Translations under genes and position numbers: made by a program | Source of the DNA: Bauldia sp. | Lineage (GTDB): Bacteria; Pseudomonadota; Alphaproteobacteria; Rhizobiales; Kaistiaceae | Assembly (NCBI GenBank): GCA_035699585.1 | Contig: DASSPO010000132.1 | Location: 1-43,605 of the forward strand | Length of the DNA stretch: 43,605 nt | Direction of reading: 5' to 3' | Shown here: piece after piece, positions 7,437 to 18,319 of the stretch | Numbering within the stretch: position 1 is the first letter of the stretch | Layout: each line of letters starts with the position of its first letter | The notes under the pieces: generated by a model | The model's database searches: none | Told to the model about the DNA's origin: nothing | The model's input: the letters and a program-made list of their open reading frames with translations, nothing else

Positions 7437-8633
7437 ATGAAACTCAAGGGGGACCCGAGCACGACGCGGGCTTTGAACCGCCGGCTCATCCTCGACCAGA
7501 TCCGCCGCAACGGGCCGATGAGCCGCGCCGCGCTCACCGCCGCGGTCGGCCTTTCGCCGGCGGCCGTCACCTTCGTCACCGCCGAGCTCATCGCCGAAGG
7601 CCTGCTGGTCGAAGGCAAGGCGCTCCTCGGCGCCGCCGGGCGGAGGCCGATCCCGCTCGACATCGACTACACCTCGAAGCTGTCGATCGGCGTGAAGGTG
7701 AGCATCGACTCGATCAGCGGCGTGATCACCGACCTCGCGACCCGCGTCCGCGGCGAGGTCGAGCTGCCGCTCCCCGACCATGCACCGGAGACCGTGGTGC
7801 GGGTCGCCACCGCCACCACCGACCAACTGCTTGCCGAGGCGGGCGTGACCCGCCGCCGGCTGATCGGGGTCGGCCTCGCCGTCTCCGGCCAGGTCGACGC
7901 CGAGAAGGGCATCTGCCGGCAGGAGCAGCGCTTCGGCTGGCGCGACGTGCCGATCGCGGTGATGCTCGCCGACGAGCTCGGCGTGCCGGTCTGGGTCGAC
8001 AACGACGCCAACGCCTACGCCGTCGCCCAGCATCTCTTCGGCCACGGGCGCGGCACCCAGTCGATCGCGGCGATCGCGCTCGGCCGGGGCGTCGGCGCGG
8101 GGCTCGTGGTCGAGGGACGGCTGCACCGCGGCGCGAGCGGCGGCGCCGGCGAGTTCGGCCATAATTTCGAACAGCGCGGACGGCGCTGCGAATGCGGGCG
8201 CGACGGCTGCCTCGAGACCTGGACCGCCGATATCGGCCTGCTCCAGAGCTGGGCCGAGCGCGATCCTTCGTCGGCCGGCCGGGACATCGCCGCGCTTGCC
8301 GCGGCGGTTGCCGCCAGCGACCCCCCGGCAAAGGCGGTGATCGAGGACGCCGCGCTCCGCCTCGGCCGGCACGTGGCGAACCTCGCCAACGTCGTCGATC
8401 CGGAAATGATCATCTTCGGCGGGGAAGGCGTCCGGTTCGGACGCCACCTCTTCGACCCGCTCCGCAGCGTGCTCGCGGAGGTCTGCTACTCGGGCGCGCC
8501 GCCGATCGCGATCGACTGGGAGGGCACGGGATGGGCGCGCGGCGCCGCGGCGCTCGCCGTCCAGCATTTCTTCAACTTCGAGGCGACGGGAGGGTACACG
8601 CCGAAAACAGAAGGAAGGAAGTCTGTCGCATAA
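7437..8633 (+). CDS. ROK-family transcriptional regulator
   Basis: N-terminal HTH (NRRLILDQIRRNGPMSRAAL...GLSPAAVT), GRRP, VDNDANA, GEFGH and zinc motif CECGRDGCLE. Confidence 0.95.
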   Translation: MKLKGDPSTTRALNRRLILDQIRRNGPMSRAALTAAVGLSPAAVTFVTAELIAEGLLVEGKALLGAAGRRPIPLDIDYTSKLSIGVKVSIDSISGVITDLATRVRGEVELPLPDHAPETVVRVATATTDQLLAEAGVTRRRLIGVGLAVSGQVDAEKGICRQEQRFGWRDVPIAVMLADELGVPVWVDNDANAYAVAQHLFGHGRGTQSIAAIALGRGVGAGLVVEGRLHRGASGGAGEFGHNFEQRGRRCECGRDGCLETWTADIGLLQSWAERDPSSAGRDIAALAAAVAASDPPAKAVIEDAALRLGRHVANLANVVDPEMIIFGGEGVRFGRHLFDPLRSVLAEVCYSGAPPIAIDWEGTGWARGAAALAVQHFFNFEATGGYTPKTEGRKSVA

Positions 8634-8706
8634 CGCAAATGAACAGCAAGCCGCCCCAAGGCGCCGAAGGAACCGTCGCCGGGCAATCTCCAAGGGAGGA
8701 GAGATC

Positions 8707-9975
8707 ATGAGGAAATGCGCATATCTTGCGGCCGGAGCGGCCGCGCTGTCGCTGGGCCTGAGCGCGGCCGCCGTCGCCGAGCCCAAGACCAACATGCTCC
8801 ACCAGTGGGCGACGGGCTCGGACGCCGCGGCCATTGCCAAGCTCGGCGAGATGTTCACCGCCGCGGGCGGCACCTGGGAGCAGACGGCGATCGCCGGCCA
8901 CACCGCCAACACGCTCGCCAAGCTCCGCGCCGACGTAGTTGCCGGCAACGCGCCGCCGGCGGTGCAGCTGAAGGGCCCCGAGATCGCCGAGTGGAACGAG
9001 ACCGGCGGCACCGCCAATCTCGACGAGCTGGCGGCGCAGGAGAAGTGGGACGAGGTGGTCGCTCCCGAGCTTCTGCCGGTGATGAAGCCGACCGGCAACT
9101 GGGTCGCGGCGCCGATGAACATCCACCGCATCAACTGGCTGTGGGCCAACAAGAGCGTGCTCGACGCCGCCGGCATCACCGACCTGCCCAAGACCTGGGC
9201 CGAGTTCAACGAGGACTGCGAGAAGGTGATCGCGATCGGCAAGATCTGCCTCGCCCACCTCTCCGCCGACTGGACCGACGCCACGACCTTCGAGGTGGTG
9301 GTCTACGGCCAGGACATCGACCTCTTCCGCAAGGCCTTCGTCGAGGCCGACATCGAGGCGCTGCGGAGCCCCGAGATGGCCAAGGCCTTCGAGCAGATGC
9401 GGCTCATGGTCTCCAAGTACATGGACCCGGCGATTGCCGGCCGCGACTACGACACCGCCTCCAACATGATGGCCAACGGCGACGCCGCCTTCTTCATCAT
9501 GGGCGACTGGGAGATCGGCGTGCTCCAGGCCGCCGGCTTCAAGCCGGGGACGGACATCCTCTGCGGCCAGGCGCCGACCGACTGGGGCAAGCCCGGGTTC
9601 ATCCTCAACTCCGACTCGGTGGTCTTCTTCAAGCAGAAGGACCCGGACTATATCGAGGGCCAGAAACTGCTTGCCTCGATCATCCTGTCGCCTGAGTTCC
9701 AGACCATCTTCAACCAGGCGAAGGGCTCGATTCCGGCACGCCTCGACGTCGACCTGAGCCAGGGCTTCAACCCCTGCCAGCAGCTGGCCCAGAAGGACCT
9801 CCAGGCCTCGATCGATGCCGGCACGCTGGTCCGCTCCATGGCGCACAACATGACCGTGCTCCAGAAGTACCGCGGCGCGATGATGGAGACGATCACCGAG
9901 TTCGTGAACACGCCTGAGATGACCGGCGAGGAAGCCGCCAACGCAATGGCTGACGCCGTCGAAGCGCAGATGTAA
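8707..9975 (+). CDS. Carbohydrate ABC transporter substrate-binding protein (CUT1)
   Basis: Signal peptide; HQW, PMNIHRINWLW, IMGDW, FNQAKGSIPAR motifs of glucose/mannose-type binding proteins; GGAGGAG SD. Confidence 0.93.
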   Translation: MRKCAYLAAGAAALSLGLSAAAVAEPKTNMLHQWATGSDAAAIAKLGEMFTAAGGTWEQTAIAGHTANTLAKLRADVVAGNAPPAVQLKGPEIAEWNETGGTANLDELAAQEKWDEVVAPELLPVMKPTGNWVAAPMNIHRINWLWANKSVLDAAGITDLPKTWAEFNEDCEKVIAIGKICLAHLSADWTDATTFEVVVYGQDIDLFRKAFVEADIEALRSPEMAKAFEQMRLMVSKYMDPAIAGRDYDTASNMMANGDAAFFIMGDWEIGVLQAAGFKPGTDILCGQAPTDWGKPGFILNSDSVVFFKQKDPDYIEGQKLLASIILSPEFQTIFNQAKGSIPARLDVDLSQGFNPCQQLAQKDLQASIDAGTLVRSMAHNMTVLQKYRGAMMETITEFVNTPEMTGEEAANAMADAVEAQM

Positions 9976-9996
9976 GCTTCGCCCGAAAGGGACGGC

Positions 9997-10019
9997 CCGC
10001 GGCGGTCCTTCCGCCGCGG
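9997..10019 (+). other. Intercistronic stem-loop after the sugar-binding protein gene (mRNA stabiliser or attenuator)
   Basis: 9-bp stem CCGCGGCGG / CCGCCGCGG with a TCCTT loop. Confidence 0.45.
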
Positions 10020-10039
10020 CCTCCGCCGGGGAGGGAACC

Positions 10040-10981
10040 GTGACCAGCACAGCGATGCCGATCGCCACGCGGACCGCGCCGCGCAAGGGCAGTCCGTGGC
10101 GCGAGCGCTTCGGCACCTGGCTGCCGATGGCGGTGCTCGCCCCGTCGCTGATCGCGACCTTCGTCTACGTCTTCGTCTTCACCGGCTGGACGCTTTACAT
10201 CTCCCTCTCCAATTCCTCGCTCCTCCCCTCCTACGAGTTCGTCGGCTTCGAGCACTACGCCTCGCTGTGGGAGAACCGGCGCTGGAACATCGCCTACACC
10301 AACCTCTTCATCTTCAGCCTGCTCTACGTCATCGGCACGATGGCGGTGGGCCTGCTGCTCGCCATCCTGATCGACCAGCGCGTCCGCGCCGAGGCGGTGT
10401 GGCGGACGATCTACCTCTATCCGCTCGCGGTCTCCTTCGTCGTCACCGGCACGGTGTGGAGCTGGCTCTACAGCCCGACCGCCGGCATCGAGTTCCTGGT
10501 CCGCGCCCTCGGCTGGACGGACTTCGAGTTCGCCTGGAACACGAGCCGCGACTTCGCCCTCTATACCATCGTCATCACCGGCATCTGGCAGGCCTCCGGC
10601 TTCGCCATGGCGCTTTTCCTCGCCGGGCTGCGCTCGGTCGACCAGGACCTGATCAAGGCGGCCCAGATCGACGGCGCGAGCCTTGTCCGCATCTACCGCC
10701 GCATCATGATCCCGGCGATCGGCCCGATCTTCATTGCCGTGCTGGTGGTGCTCCTCCAGTTCGCGATCAAGACCTTCGACCTCGCGCTCGCGCTCACCGG
10801 GGGCGGCCCCGGCATCGCCACCACTTTCCCGGCGATCTACGTCTATGACCTCATGTTCCAGCGCGGGCAGATCGCCGAGGGCGCGGCGGCGGCGATCATG
10901 ATCCTCCTCGCGCTCGCGGTGGTGCTTGTGCCCTATTCCCTCTGGCGCGTCTGGCGCCGGCGCATCGAGCTCCAGCCATGA
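10040..10981 (+). CDS. Carbohydrate ABC transporter permease
   Basis: Multiple TM segments; EAA loop LIKAAQIDGAS. Confidence 0.93.
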   Translation: MTSTAMPIATRTAPRKGSPWRERFGTWLPMAVLAPSLIATFVYVFVFTGWTLYISLSNSSLLPSYEFVGFEHYASLWENRRWNIAYTNLFIFSLLYVIGTMAVGLLLAILIDQRVRAEAVWRTIYLYPLAVSFVVTGTVWSWLYSPTAGIEFLVRALGWTDFEFAWNTSRDFALYTIVITGIWQASGFAMALFLAGLRSVDQDLIKAAQIDGASLVRIYRRIMIPAIGPIFIAVLVVLLQFAIKTFDLALALTGGGPGIATTFPAIYVYDLMFQRGQIAEGAAAAIMILLALAVVLVPYSLWRVWRRRIELQP

Positions 10982-11871
10982 CCGCGATCGCCGCCTACGA
11001 TCCGCTCGCCACCGCCGGCACCTGGCGCCGGTCGCGCGCCAAGATCGGCGTCTATGCCGTGCTCGGCATCTTCGCCGCCTGGTATCTGCTGCCGCTCATC
11101 GTCCTCATCCTCAACTCGTTCCGTCCGCTGCCCGAGATCGCCGAGAACGGGCTGATCTGGTTCCCGCGCTCGTTCGAATTCACCGCCTGGGGCCAGGCGT
11201 GGAGCACCTTCTGCATCGGCGGCACATGCGAGGGGATGCAGCGGAACTTCTGGAATTCGCTGGCGATGACGGTGCCGGCGACCATCATCTCCACCGCCTT
11301 CGGCGCGGTGAACGGCTACATCCTGTCGAAGTGGCGCTTCCGCGGCTCGGAATGGCTGTTCGGCGCCATGACCCTCGGCGTGTTCATGCCGGGACAGGTG
11401 GCGCTGATGCCCTGGGCCTTCATCCTCGGCAATCTCGGCCTTACCAACACGGTCGGCGGGCTGGTGCTGGTGCACACCGTGCAGGGCATCTCCTTCACCA
11501 CGCTGTTCTGCCGCAATTACTACCTTTCGATCCCCGACGACCTGATCAAGGCGGCGCGGATCGACGGCGCGGGGTTCTGGCGGATCTTCCGCAAAATCAT
11601 CCTGCCGCTCTCGCCGCCGATCCTGATCGTCACCGTGATCTGGCAGTTCACCGGCATCTGGAACGAGTTCCTTTACGCCGTGGTCTTTTCCTCCGGGCGC
11701 CAGCAGCCGATCACCGCGGCGCTGATCGCGCTCTCGACCAACGGCACCAATGTGCGGAACTACGACGTGATGAGCGCGGCAGTGCTGATCGGGGCGCTGC
11801 CCCCGCTCCTCATCTATTTCTTCGGCGGCCGCTATTTCATCCGCGGCCTCACCCAAGGCGCGGTCAAGTAG
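10978..11871 (+). CDS. Carbohydrate ABC transporter permease
   Basis: TM segments; IPDDLIKAARIDGAG, WQFTGIWNEFL; ATGA overlap. Confidence 0.93.
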   Translation: MTAIAAYDPLATAGTWRRSRAKIGVYAVLGIFAAWYLLPLIVLILNSFRPLPEIAENGLIWFPRSFEFTAWGQAWSTFCIGGTCEGMQRNFWNSLAMTVPATIISTAFGAVNGYILSKWRFRGSEWLFGAMTLGVFMPGQVALMPWAFILGNLGLTNTVGGLVLVHTVQGISFTTLFCRNYYLSIPDDLIKAARIDGAGFWRIFRKIILPLSPPILIVTVIWQFTGIWNEFLYAVVFSSGRQQPITAALIALSTNGTNVRNYDVMSAAVLIGALPPLLIYFFGGRYFIRGLTQGAVK

Positions 11872-11879
11872 GGGCGGCA

Positions 11880-12986
<1,107 letters not shown>

Positions 12987-13000
12987 ACGGGAATCCCAGC

Positions 13001-13762
13001 TTGTCCTTCGCGCATTATCCCAGCCTGCTGGACCGCGTCGTGCTGATCACCGGCGGGGGCTCCGGCATCGGCGGCGCGATGACCGAGGCCTTCGCCGCCC
13101 AGGGCGCCCGCGTCGCCTTTCTCGACATCGACGTGCCGGCCTCGACGGCGCTGGTCGACCGGCTCGCGGCGATGCGACACAGGCCGCTGTTCATCCGCTG
13201 CGACCTGACCGACATCGCCGCGCTCAGGGCGGCGATCGCGCGCATCCGCGACGAGCTCGGTCCCGTCGCGGTGCTGGTCAACAATGCCGCCAACGACGAG
13301 CGGCACAAGGTCGATGCGGTGACGCCCGAGTACTGGGAGGGGTCCATGAACGTGAACCTCCGCCACCAGTTCTTCGCCGCGCAGGCGGTTCACCCGCACA
13401 TGCGGGCGCTCGGCCACGGCTCGATCATCAACCTCACCTCGACGGCGTGGATGTTCGGCGGCAGCGACTTCACCGTCTACTCGACCGCCAAGGCCGGCGT
13501 GGTCGGCCTCACCAACGCGCTCGCCCGCGCCTTTGGCGGCGACTTCATCCGGGTCAACGCCATCGCCCCGGGCGCGGTAATGACGGAAAAGCAGCTCCGG
13601 CTCTGGTACACCGAGGAAACCGCCGACGCGATCGCCGAGCGCCAGCTGATCAAGAAACGGCTCCTGCCGGAGGAGGTCGCCCGCGCCGCGCTGTTCCTTG
13701 CCGCCGACGACAGCCGGATGATCACCAAGCAGTGCATCCTCGTCGATGCCGGAATCCGGTGA
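13001..13762 (+). CDS. SDR oxidoreductase resembling D-xylose 1-dehydrogenase (Caulobacter XylB type)
   Basis: YPSL..RVVLITGGGSGIG, NNAANDERH, VNLRHQFF, YSTAK, TEKQLRLW; TTG start. Confidence 0.85.
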   Translation: MSFAHYPSLLDRVVLITGGGSGIGGAMTEAFAAQGARVAFLDIDVPASTALVDRLAAMRHRPLFIRCDLTDIAALRAAIARIRDELGPVAVLVNNAANDERHKVDAVTPEYWEGSMNVNLRHQFFAAQAVHPHMRALGHGSIINLTSTAWMFGGSDFTVYSTAKAGVVGLTNALARAFGGDFIRVNAIAPGAVMTEKQLRLWYTEETADAIAERQLIKKRLLPEEVARAALFLAADDSRMITKQCILVDAGIR

Positions 13763-14754
13763 TGCTCGAGGTCGGCCTCAACCCCTACGGCCTCACCTAT
13801 GTCCTCGGCCTTCAGGGCCGCGGCACGCCGCGCGCCAATCCGGCGGGCCGCGGGCTCGAGGGGTTCATCGCGATTGCCGAGGAGCTCGGGGCAAAGACGC
13901 TGGAGATTTTCGAGCCGTGGCTCGCCGGCATGGATGCCGGGGCGCTCGCTGCGCTTCGCGACCGCCTCGCCGGCCTGGGCATGACGCCCGTGGTGAGCGG
14001 CGGCTTGATGATGGGCCCGGTCGACCGCGCCATCCGCATAGCGCGCGACCTCGGGGCGGGCACGATCCGCCTCGGTCTCACCACCGTGCTCTGCGGCGAC
14101 CGCGCCGCCCTCGGCGCCGAGTGGCCGGCGCTGGTCGCCCAGGTGCGGCATGCACTGCGTGAGGCGGCGCCGCTGGCGCGGGATGCCGGGGTCACTCTCG
14201 CGATCGAGAACCACCAGGACTTCGGCAGTGCCGAGCTCGCCGCCTTCTGCGAGGAGGCGGGGCCCTCGGTCGGCATCTGCTACGACACCGGCAACTCCTT
14301 CCCGGTCGCCGAAGCCCCGCTCGACTTCACCCGCGCGGTGGCGCCGCATGTCGCCCATGTCCATCTCAAGGACTACCGCGTCCAGTTCACCGACGAGGGC
14401 TACCGCCTCGTCCGCTGCGCGATCGGCGACGGCGCGGTGCCGATCGCCGGGATTGCGGCGATCCTTGCCGAGCACCGCCCGCGCCTCACCGCCGTGCTCG
14501 AGCCGGGGGCGCTGGAAGCGCGGCATGTGCGGCTGTTCACCCCCGGCTGGTGGCGCGGCTACCCGCCGAAGACCGCCGAGTCGCTCGCCGCCTGTCTCGC
14601 CGCGGCGCGTCACCGGCGGCTCCCGGAGGAGGCCGACTACCGCACTCCCTGGGAGCGCGGCGACGACGGCGCGCTGGTTCACTACGAGTTGGAGATGATC
14701 CGGCGAAGCGCCGCGAACATGCGCGAGCTGGGACTGATGGAGAAAGGACAATGA
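13762..14754 (+). CDS. Sugar-phosphate isomerase/epimerase family (xylose-isomerase-like TIM barrel)
   Basis: LAIENHQD, CYDTGN, HVHLKD, AIGDGAV and VLE metal-site motifs; TGATG overlap. Confidence 0.88.
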   Translation: MLEVGLNPYGLTYVLGLQGRGTPRANPAGRGLEGFIAIAEELGAKTLEIFEPWLAGMDAGALAALRDRLAGLGMTPVVSGGLMMGPVDRAIRIARDLGAGTIRLGLTTVLCGDRAALGAEWPALVAQVRHALREAAPLARDAGVTLAIENHQDFGSAELAAFCEEAGPSVGICYDTGNSFPVAEAPLDFTRAVAPHVAHVHLKDYRVQFTDEGYRLVRCAIGDGAVPIAGIAAILAEHRPRLTAVLEPGALEARHVRLFTPGWWRGYPPKTAESLAACLAAARHRRLPEEADYRTPWERGDDGALVHYELEMIRRSAANMRELGLMEKGQ

Positions 14755-15560
14755 GCAGGGAACTCGCCGGCAAGATCGCCTTCGTCACCGGCTCGGGGCG
14801 CGGTCTTGGCCGGGTGATGGCCGAGCGCCTGGCCGAGCTCGGCGCCGACGTCGCCATCCACGATATCGACTGGACCGCGCCGGCGAAATACGGCGAGTTT
14901 CCCGATGTCGGCGTCTCGGCGAGGGAGATCGAGACGAAGCACGGCATCCGCACCGTGGCGGTCACCGGTAACATTGGCGACCCCGACGCGGTGCGAAGGA
15001 TGAAGACGGAAATCAACGACAAGCTCGGCACGGTCGAGATCCTGGTGAACTGCGCCGGCGGGGACATCGGCGCCTCGGGCAACAAACCCAGCCCGAACGA
15101 CGCCCTCCACATCTCCTTCGAGGACATCCGCACGCTCACCAACAACAACCTGATCGGCACCATGCTGGTGTGCCAGGCCTTCATCCCGCCGATGGTCGAG
15201 CGGGGAGCCGGATCGGTCATCAACATCGCCTCGGCGGCGGCCCATCTCGGCGTCTCGCCGGAGGCGGTCTATGCGACGCTCAAGGCCGCGGTGGTCCACT
15301 ACACCCGCTGTCTCGCCAAGGAGCTGATCGATTCGGGCATCCGCATCAATGCGGTCAGCCCCGGGCCCACCAAGACCGCGCGCTTCCAGGCGACGCGGAC
15401 GCTCGACCCGGTACGCATGCAGGTCGGGAAGTCGCTCAACCGCTACGCCGAACCGATCGAGGTCGCCGAGGCGGTGGCGTTCCTCGCCGGGCCGCGGGCG
15501 CGCTTCATCAACGGCCAGGTGATCCGCGTCGACGGCGGAATCACGCTCTTCCCGGGGTGA
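14751..15560 (+). CDS. SDR family NAD(P)-dependent oxidoreductase
   Basis: TGSGRGLG, VNCAG, YATLK, NAVSPG, GQVIRVDGG; AAAGGA SD; ATGA overlap. Confidence 0.92.
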   Translation: MSRELAGKIAFVTGSGRGLGRVMAERLAELGADVAIHDIDWTAPAKYGEFPDVGVSAREIETKHGIRTVAVTGNIGDPDAVRRMKTEINDKLGTVEILVNCAGGDIGASGNKPSPNDALHISFEDIRTLTNNNLIGTMLVCQAFIPPMVERGAGSVINIASAAAHLGVSPEAVYATLKAAVVHYTRCLAKELIDSGIRINAVSPGPTKTARFQATRTLDPVRMQVGKSLNRYAEPIEVAEAVAFLAGPRARFINGQVIRVDGGITLFPG

Positions 15561-15597
15561 AGGCCGACTCGATCATGCGGTAGAGCGGCCCCCGAAC

Positions 15598-15679
15598 CGA
15601 GCGGGAGCAGGCGTCGGTACCGGAGCGGTGTTCCCGCTCGCGGCGCCGTTTCCGGACCCCGGCTTTCGCCGGGGCGACG
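15598..15679. repeat. Structured intergenic region: long hairpin plus a REP-like palindrome
   Basis: CGAGCGGGAGCA / TGTTCCCGCTCG stem (15598-15640) and GGACCCCGGC-TTTC-GCCGGGGCGACG (15654-15679). Confidence 0.45.
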
Positions 15680-15697
15680 CCGGTGTGGGGGCCCTTC

Positions 15698-15712
15698 TTC
15701 ACAAAACTTTAC
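15698..15712 (-). promoter_or_regulatory. CpxR/OmpR-type direct-repeat binding site
   Basis: Minus strand reads GTAAA-GTTTT-GTGAA versus CpxR consensus GTAAA-N5-GTAAA; lies upstream of the Spy/CpxP gene and its two-component system. Confidence 0.55.
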
Positions 15713-15794
15713 GTCGCCGAGAAGCCTCCGAAACGTCGCTCGCCCACCTTTCCCCTCGCCGGGCTTAGGGGCCAGGACGAAAAGGAGAGATTCG

Positions 15795-16364
15795 ATGACA
15801 ACCGGAATCGCAAAGACGAACGGCGTGCGCTTTCTGATCGGGGTCGGCCGCGTCGGCGGGGCGATCATTGCGCTGGCACTTGCCGCGCTGATCGGCACGG
15901 CGCTCGCGGGGAGCGCTTCGGCCGGCTGGGGCTGGGGCCACGGCGGCCACGGCTTCGGCCACCACGGGATGATGACCGGGACGCTTGATCCCGCGGAGGT
16001 GCGCGAGCGGGTCGAGCGCATGGTCGCCCACATCGCGATCGAGATCGACGCGACCGACGAGCAGAAGCAGAAGCTGACCACGATCTTCGTCTCGGCGGCG
16101 AACGACCTCATGCCGATCCGCGCCGAGTTCATGCAAAGCCGGCAGGCGGGCGAACTGGTGGGCCTTCTCACCGGACCGACCGTCGACCGGGCGGCGATCG
16201 AGACGTTCCGCGCCGAGAAGATGGCGCTTGCCGACCAGGCGAGCCGGCGGATCGCGCAGGCGCTCGGCGAGGCCGCCGAGGTGCTCACTCCCGAGCAGCG
16301 CGCCGAGGTCGGCGAACGGCTCAGGTTCCTGATGGAGTTTGGGCGCGGCCTGCATCGCGGCTAA
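15795..16364 (+). CDS. Spy/CpxP-family periplasmic protein (LTxxQ)
   Basis: Signal peptide, Gly/His-rich segment, ATDEQKQKL and VLTPEQR motifs; AAGGAG SD. Confidence 0.88.
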   Translation: MTTGIAKTNGVRFLIGVGRVGGAIIALALAALIGTALAGSASAGWGWGHGGHGFGHHGMMTGTLDPAEVRERVERMVAHIAIEIDATDEQKQKLTTIFVSAANDLMPIRAEFMQSRQAGELVGLLTGPTVDRAAIETFRAEKMALADQASRRIAQALGEAAEVLTPEQRAEVGERLRFLMEFGRGLHRG

Positions 16365-16373
16365 GCTTGCGCC

Positions 16374-17060
16374 GTGGCCGCGCGCGTCCTCCTTGTCGAA
16401 GACGACAGCCGCCTCGCCGGGATGGTCACGACCTATCTCGGCGAGGCGGGCTACGCGGTCGTGCGCGCCGCAGACGGCCGCGCCGGCATCGAGCGGCACA
16501 GGGATGGCGGCTTCGAGCTCGTGATCCTCGACCTGATGCTCCCCGACATCGACGGGCTCGAAGTCTGCCGCGCGATCCGGGCGCGCGCCGACACGCCGAT
16601 CCTGATGCTCACCGCCCGCGGCGACGCCATGGACCGCGTGGTGGGACTGGAAATGGGCGCCGACGACTATCTGTCCAAGCCCTTCGAGCCGCGCGAGCTG
16701 CTCGCCCGGATCAAGGCCATCCTCCGGCGTCGCCGCAGCCCGCAGAAGAGCGGCGTGCTGCGCTTCGGACGCCTCGAGATCGACGTCGACGCGCGCCAGG
16801 CGCGGATCGACGACAAGCCGGCGGAACTGACCGGCTACCAGTTTGCGCTGCTCCTCGAACTCGCCCGCCACGCCGGCCGCGTCATGTCGCGCGAGGCGCT
16901 CATGGACCTTGTCAGGAACGAGCGGCTCGAGGCCTTCGACCGCTCGATCGACGTCCATGTCTCGCGCATCCGCCAGGCGATCGAGGACAATCCGAAGAAG
17001 CCGCGCCGCATCATCACCGTGCGCGGCGCCGGCTATGTCTTCGCCAGGGCGCAGGACTGA
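16374..17060 (+). CDS. OmpR-family response regulator
   Basis: LLVEDD, LDLMLP, MLTA, GADDYLSKPF, DRSIDVHVSRIR, ITVRGAGY. Confidence 0.96.
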   Translation: MAARVLLVEDDSRLAGMVTTYLGEAGYAVVRAADGRAGIERHRDGGFELVILDLMLPDIDGLEVCRAIRARADTPILMLTARGDAMDRVVGLEMGADDYLSKPFEPRELLARIKAILRRRRSPQKSGVLRFGRLEIDVDARQARIDDKPAELTGYQFALLLELARHAGRVMSREALMDLVRNERLEAFDRSIDVHVSRIRQAIEDNPKKPRRIITVRGAGYVFARAQD

Positions 17061-17067
17061 GCCGACG

Positions 17068-18312
17068 ATGAAGCGGCTCTACCGCAAGGTCTACCTGACC
17101 ATCCTCGGCAGCCTCCTGCTCGTCGTGGTCCTGTCGGGATTGATCTGGCAGTTCGGCGGGCAGCGTCCGCCGGTGGCGCAGGCGCTCGCCTTCGCCGCCG
17201 AGCTGATCACGGCGAGCCTGCCCCCGGCCGACGCGCCGGTCGCCGAACAGCAGGCAGCGGTCGAGGCGCTGGCGCTGCGGCTCAAGACCAACATCTCGCT
17301 GTTCGATTCGTCACGCGCCCTGGTCGCCTCGTCCGGCCCGCCGCTTCGACCACCCTCCGGCGACGCCGACGGGGGGTGGAGCTACGGCAAGGGCGGCCCG
17401 GCGTGGGTCGTGCCGCTCACCGACGGACGCTGGCTCGTGGCCAGCGCCGGGCACCACCGCAATCCGCTGCTCCTGCTCCTCCTGTTCCTCGGGGCGATCG
17501 CGCTTGCCGTCGGCGTCTCCGCCTACCCGGTGGTGCGCGGGCTGACACGCCGGCTCGAGCGACTCCAGGCCGGCGTCGAGACGCTCGGCGCGGGCGACCT
17601 TGCGGCGCGGGTCCCGGTCCAGGGCAGGGACGAGGTGGCGAGACTCGCGGAAGCCTTCAACCGCGCCGCGGCGCGGATCGAAGAGCTCGTGGGCGCGCAC
17701 CGCATGCTCCTCGCCAACGCCTCGCACGAGCTCCGCACGCCGCTCTCGCGCATCCGCCTCGGTCTCGACCTTCTCGAACGGCGGCCCGACGAGAAGCTCA
17801 AGGCGGAGATCAATGCCGACATCGCGGAGCTCGACCGGCTGATCGACGAGATCCTGCTCGCGAGCCGGCTCGACGCGGCACCCGCGCTCAGCACAAGCGA
17901 GGAGGTCGACCTGCAGGCCCTCGCGGCGGAGGAATGCGCCCGCTACGACGAATGCGAGCTCGACGGCGACGCGGCCGTGGTCAGCGGGGATCCCCGGCTG
18001 CTCCGCCGGCTGATCCGCAACCTCCTCGAGAATGCCGAGCGGCACGGCAGGCCGCCGGTGCTGGTGACGACGCGGAAGGGAGAGACCACGGTGACGCTCC
18101 GCGTCGAGGACCAGGGTCGCGGCATCGCTCCGGCCGACCGCGACCGAATCTTCACGCCCTTCACACGCGCCGCCGGCGACGAGCGCGGCGCCGGCCTCGG
18201 CCTGTCGCTGGTGCGGCAGATCGCGCGGCTGCACGGCGGCGAGGCGGCGGTGGCCGACGATCCGGCGACCGGACGTTCAGGTTTCGAGGTGACGCTGCCG
18301 ACGAGGCGCTAG
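17068..18312 (+). CDS. Sensor histidine kinase (HAMP-HisKA-HATPase)
   Basis: Two TMs, HAMP, ASHELRTPL, NLLENA, DQGRGI, GAGLGL; start ATG 17068. Confidence 0.95.
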   Translation: MKRLYRKVYLTILGSLLLVVVLSGLIWQFGGQRPPVAQALAFAAELITASLPPADAPVAEQQAAVEALALRLKTNISLFDSSRALVASSGPPLRPPSGDADGGWSYGKGGPAWVVPLTDGRWLVASAGHHRNPLLLLLLFLGAIALAVGVSAYPVVRGLTRRLERLQAGVETLGAGDLAARVPVQGRDEVARLAEAFNRAAARIEELVGAHRMLLANASHELRTPLSRIRLGLDLLERRPDEKLKAEINADIAELDRLIDEILLASRLDAAPALSTSEEVDLQALAAEECARYDECELDGDAAVVSGDPRLLRRLIRNLLENAERHGRPPVLVTTRKGETTVTLRVEDQGRGIAPADRDRIFTPFTRAAGDERGAGLGLSLVRQIARLHGGEAAVADDPATGRSGFEVTLPTRR

Positions 18313-18319
18313 ACTGCCG

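Noticed and set aside
8639-8710. 23-aa ORF MNSKPPQGAEG... overlapping the binding-protein start (possible leader peptide)
   Set aside because: No SD at a usable distance and no informative codon pattern; compatible with chance.
10926-11879. Apparent 686-aa ABC ATPase with a long N-terminus
   Set aside because: The extra part is an off-frame read of the permease gene; the real start is 11880.
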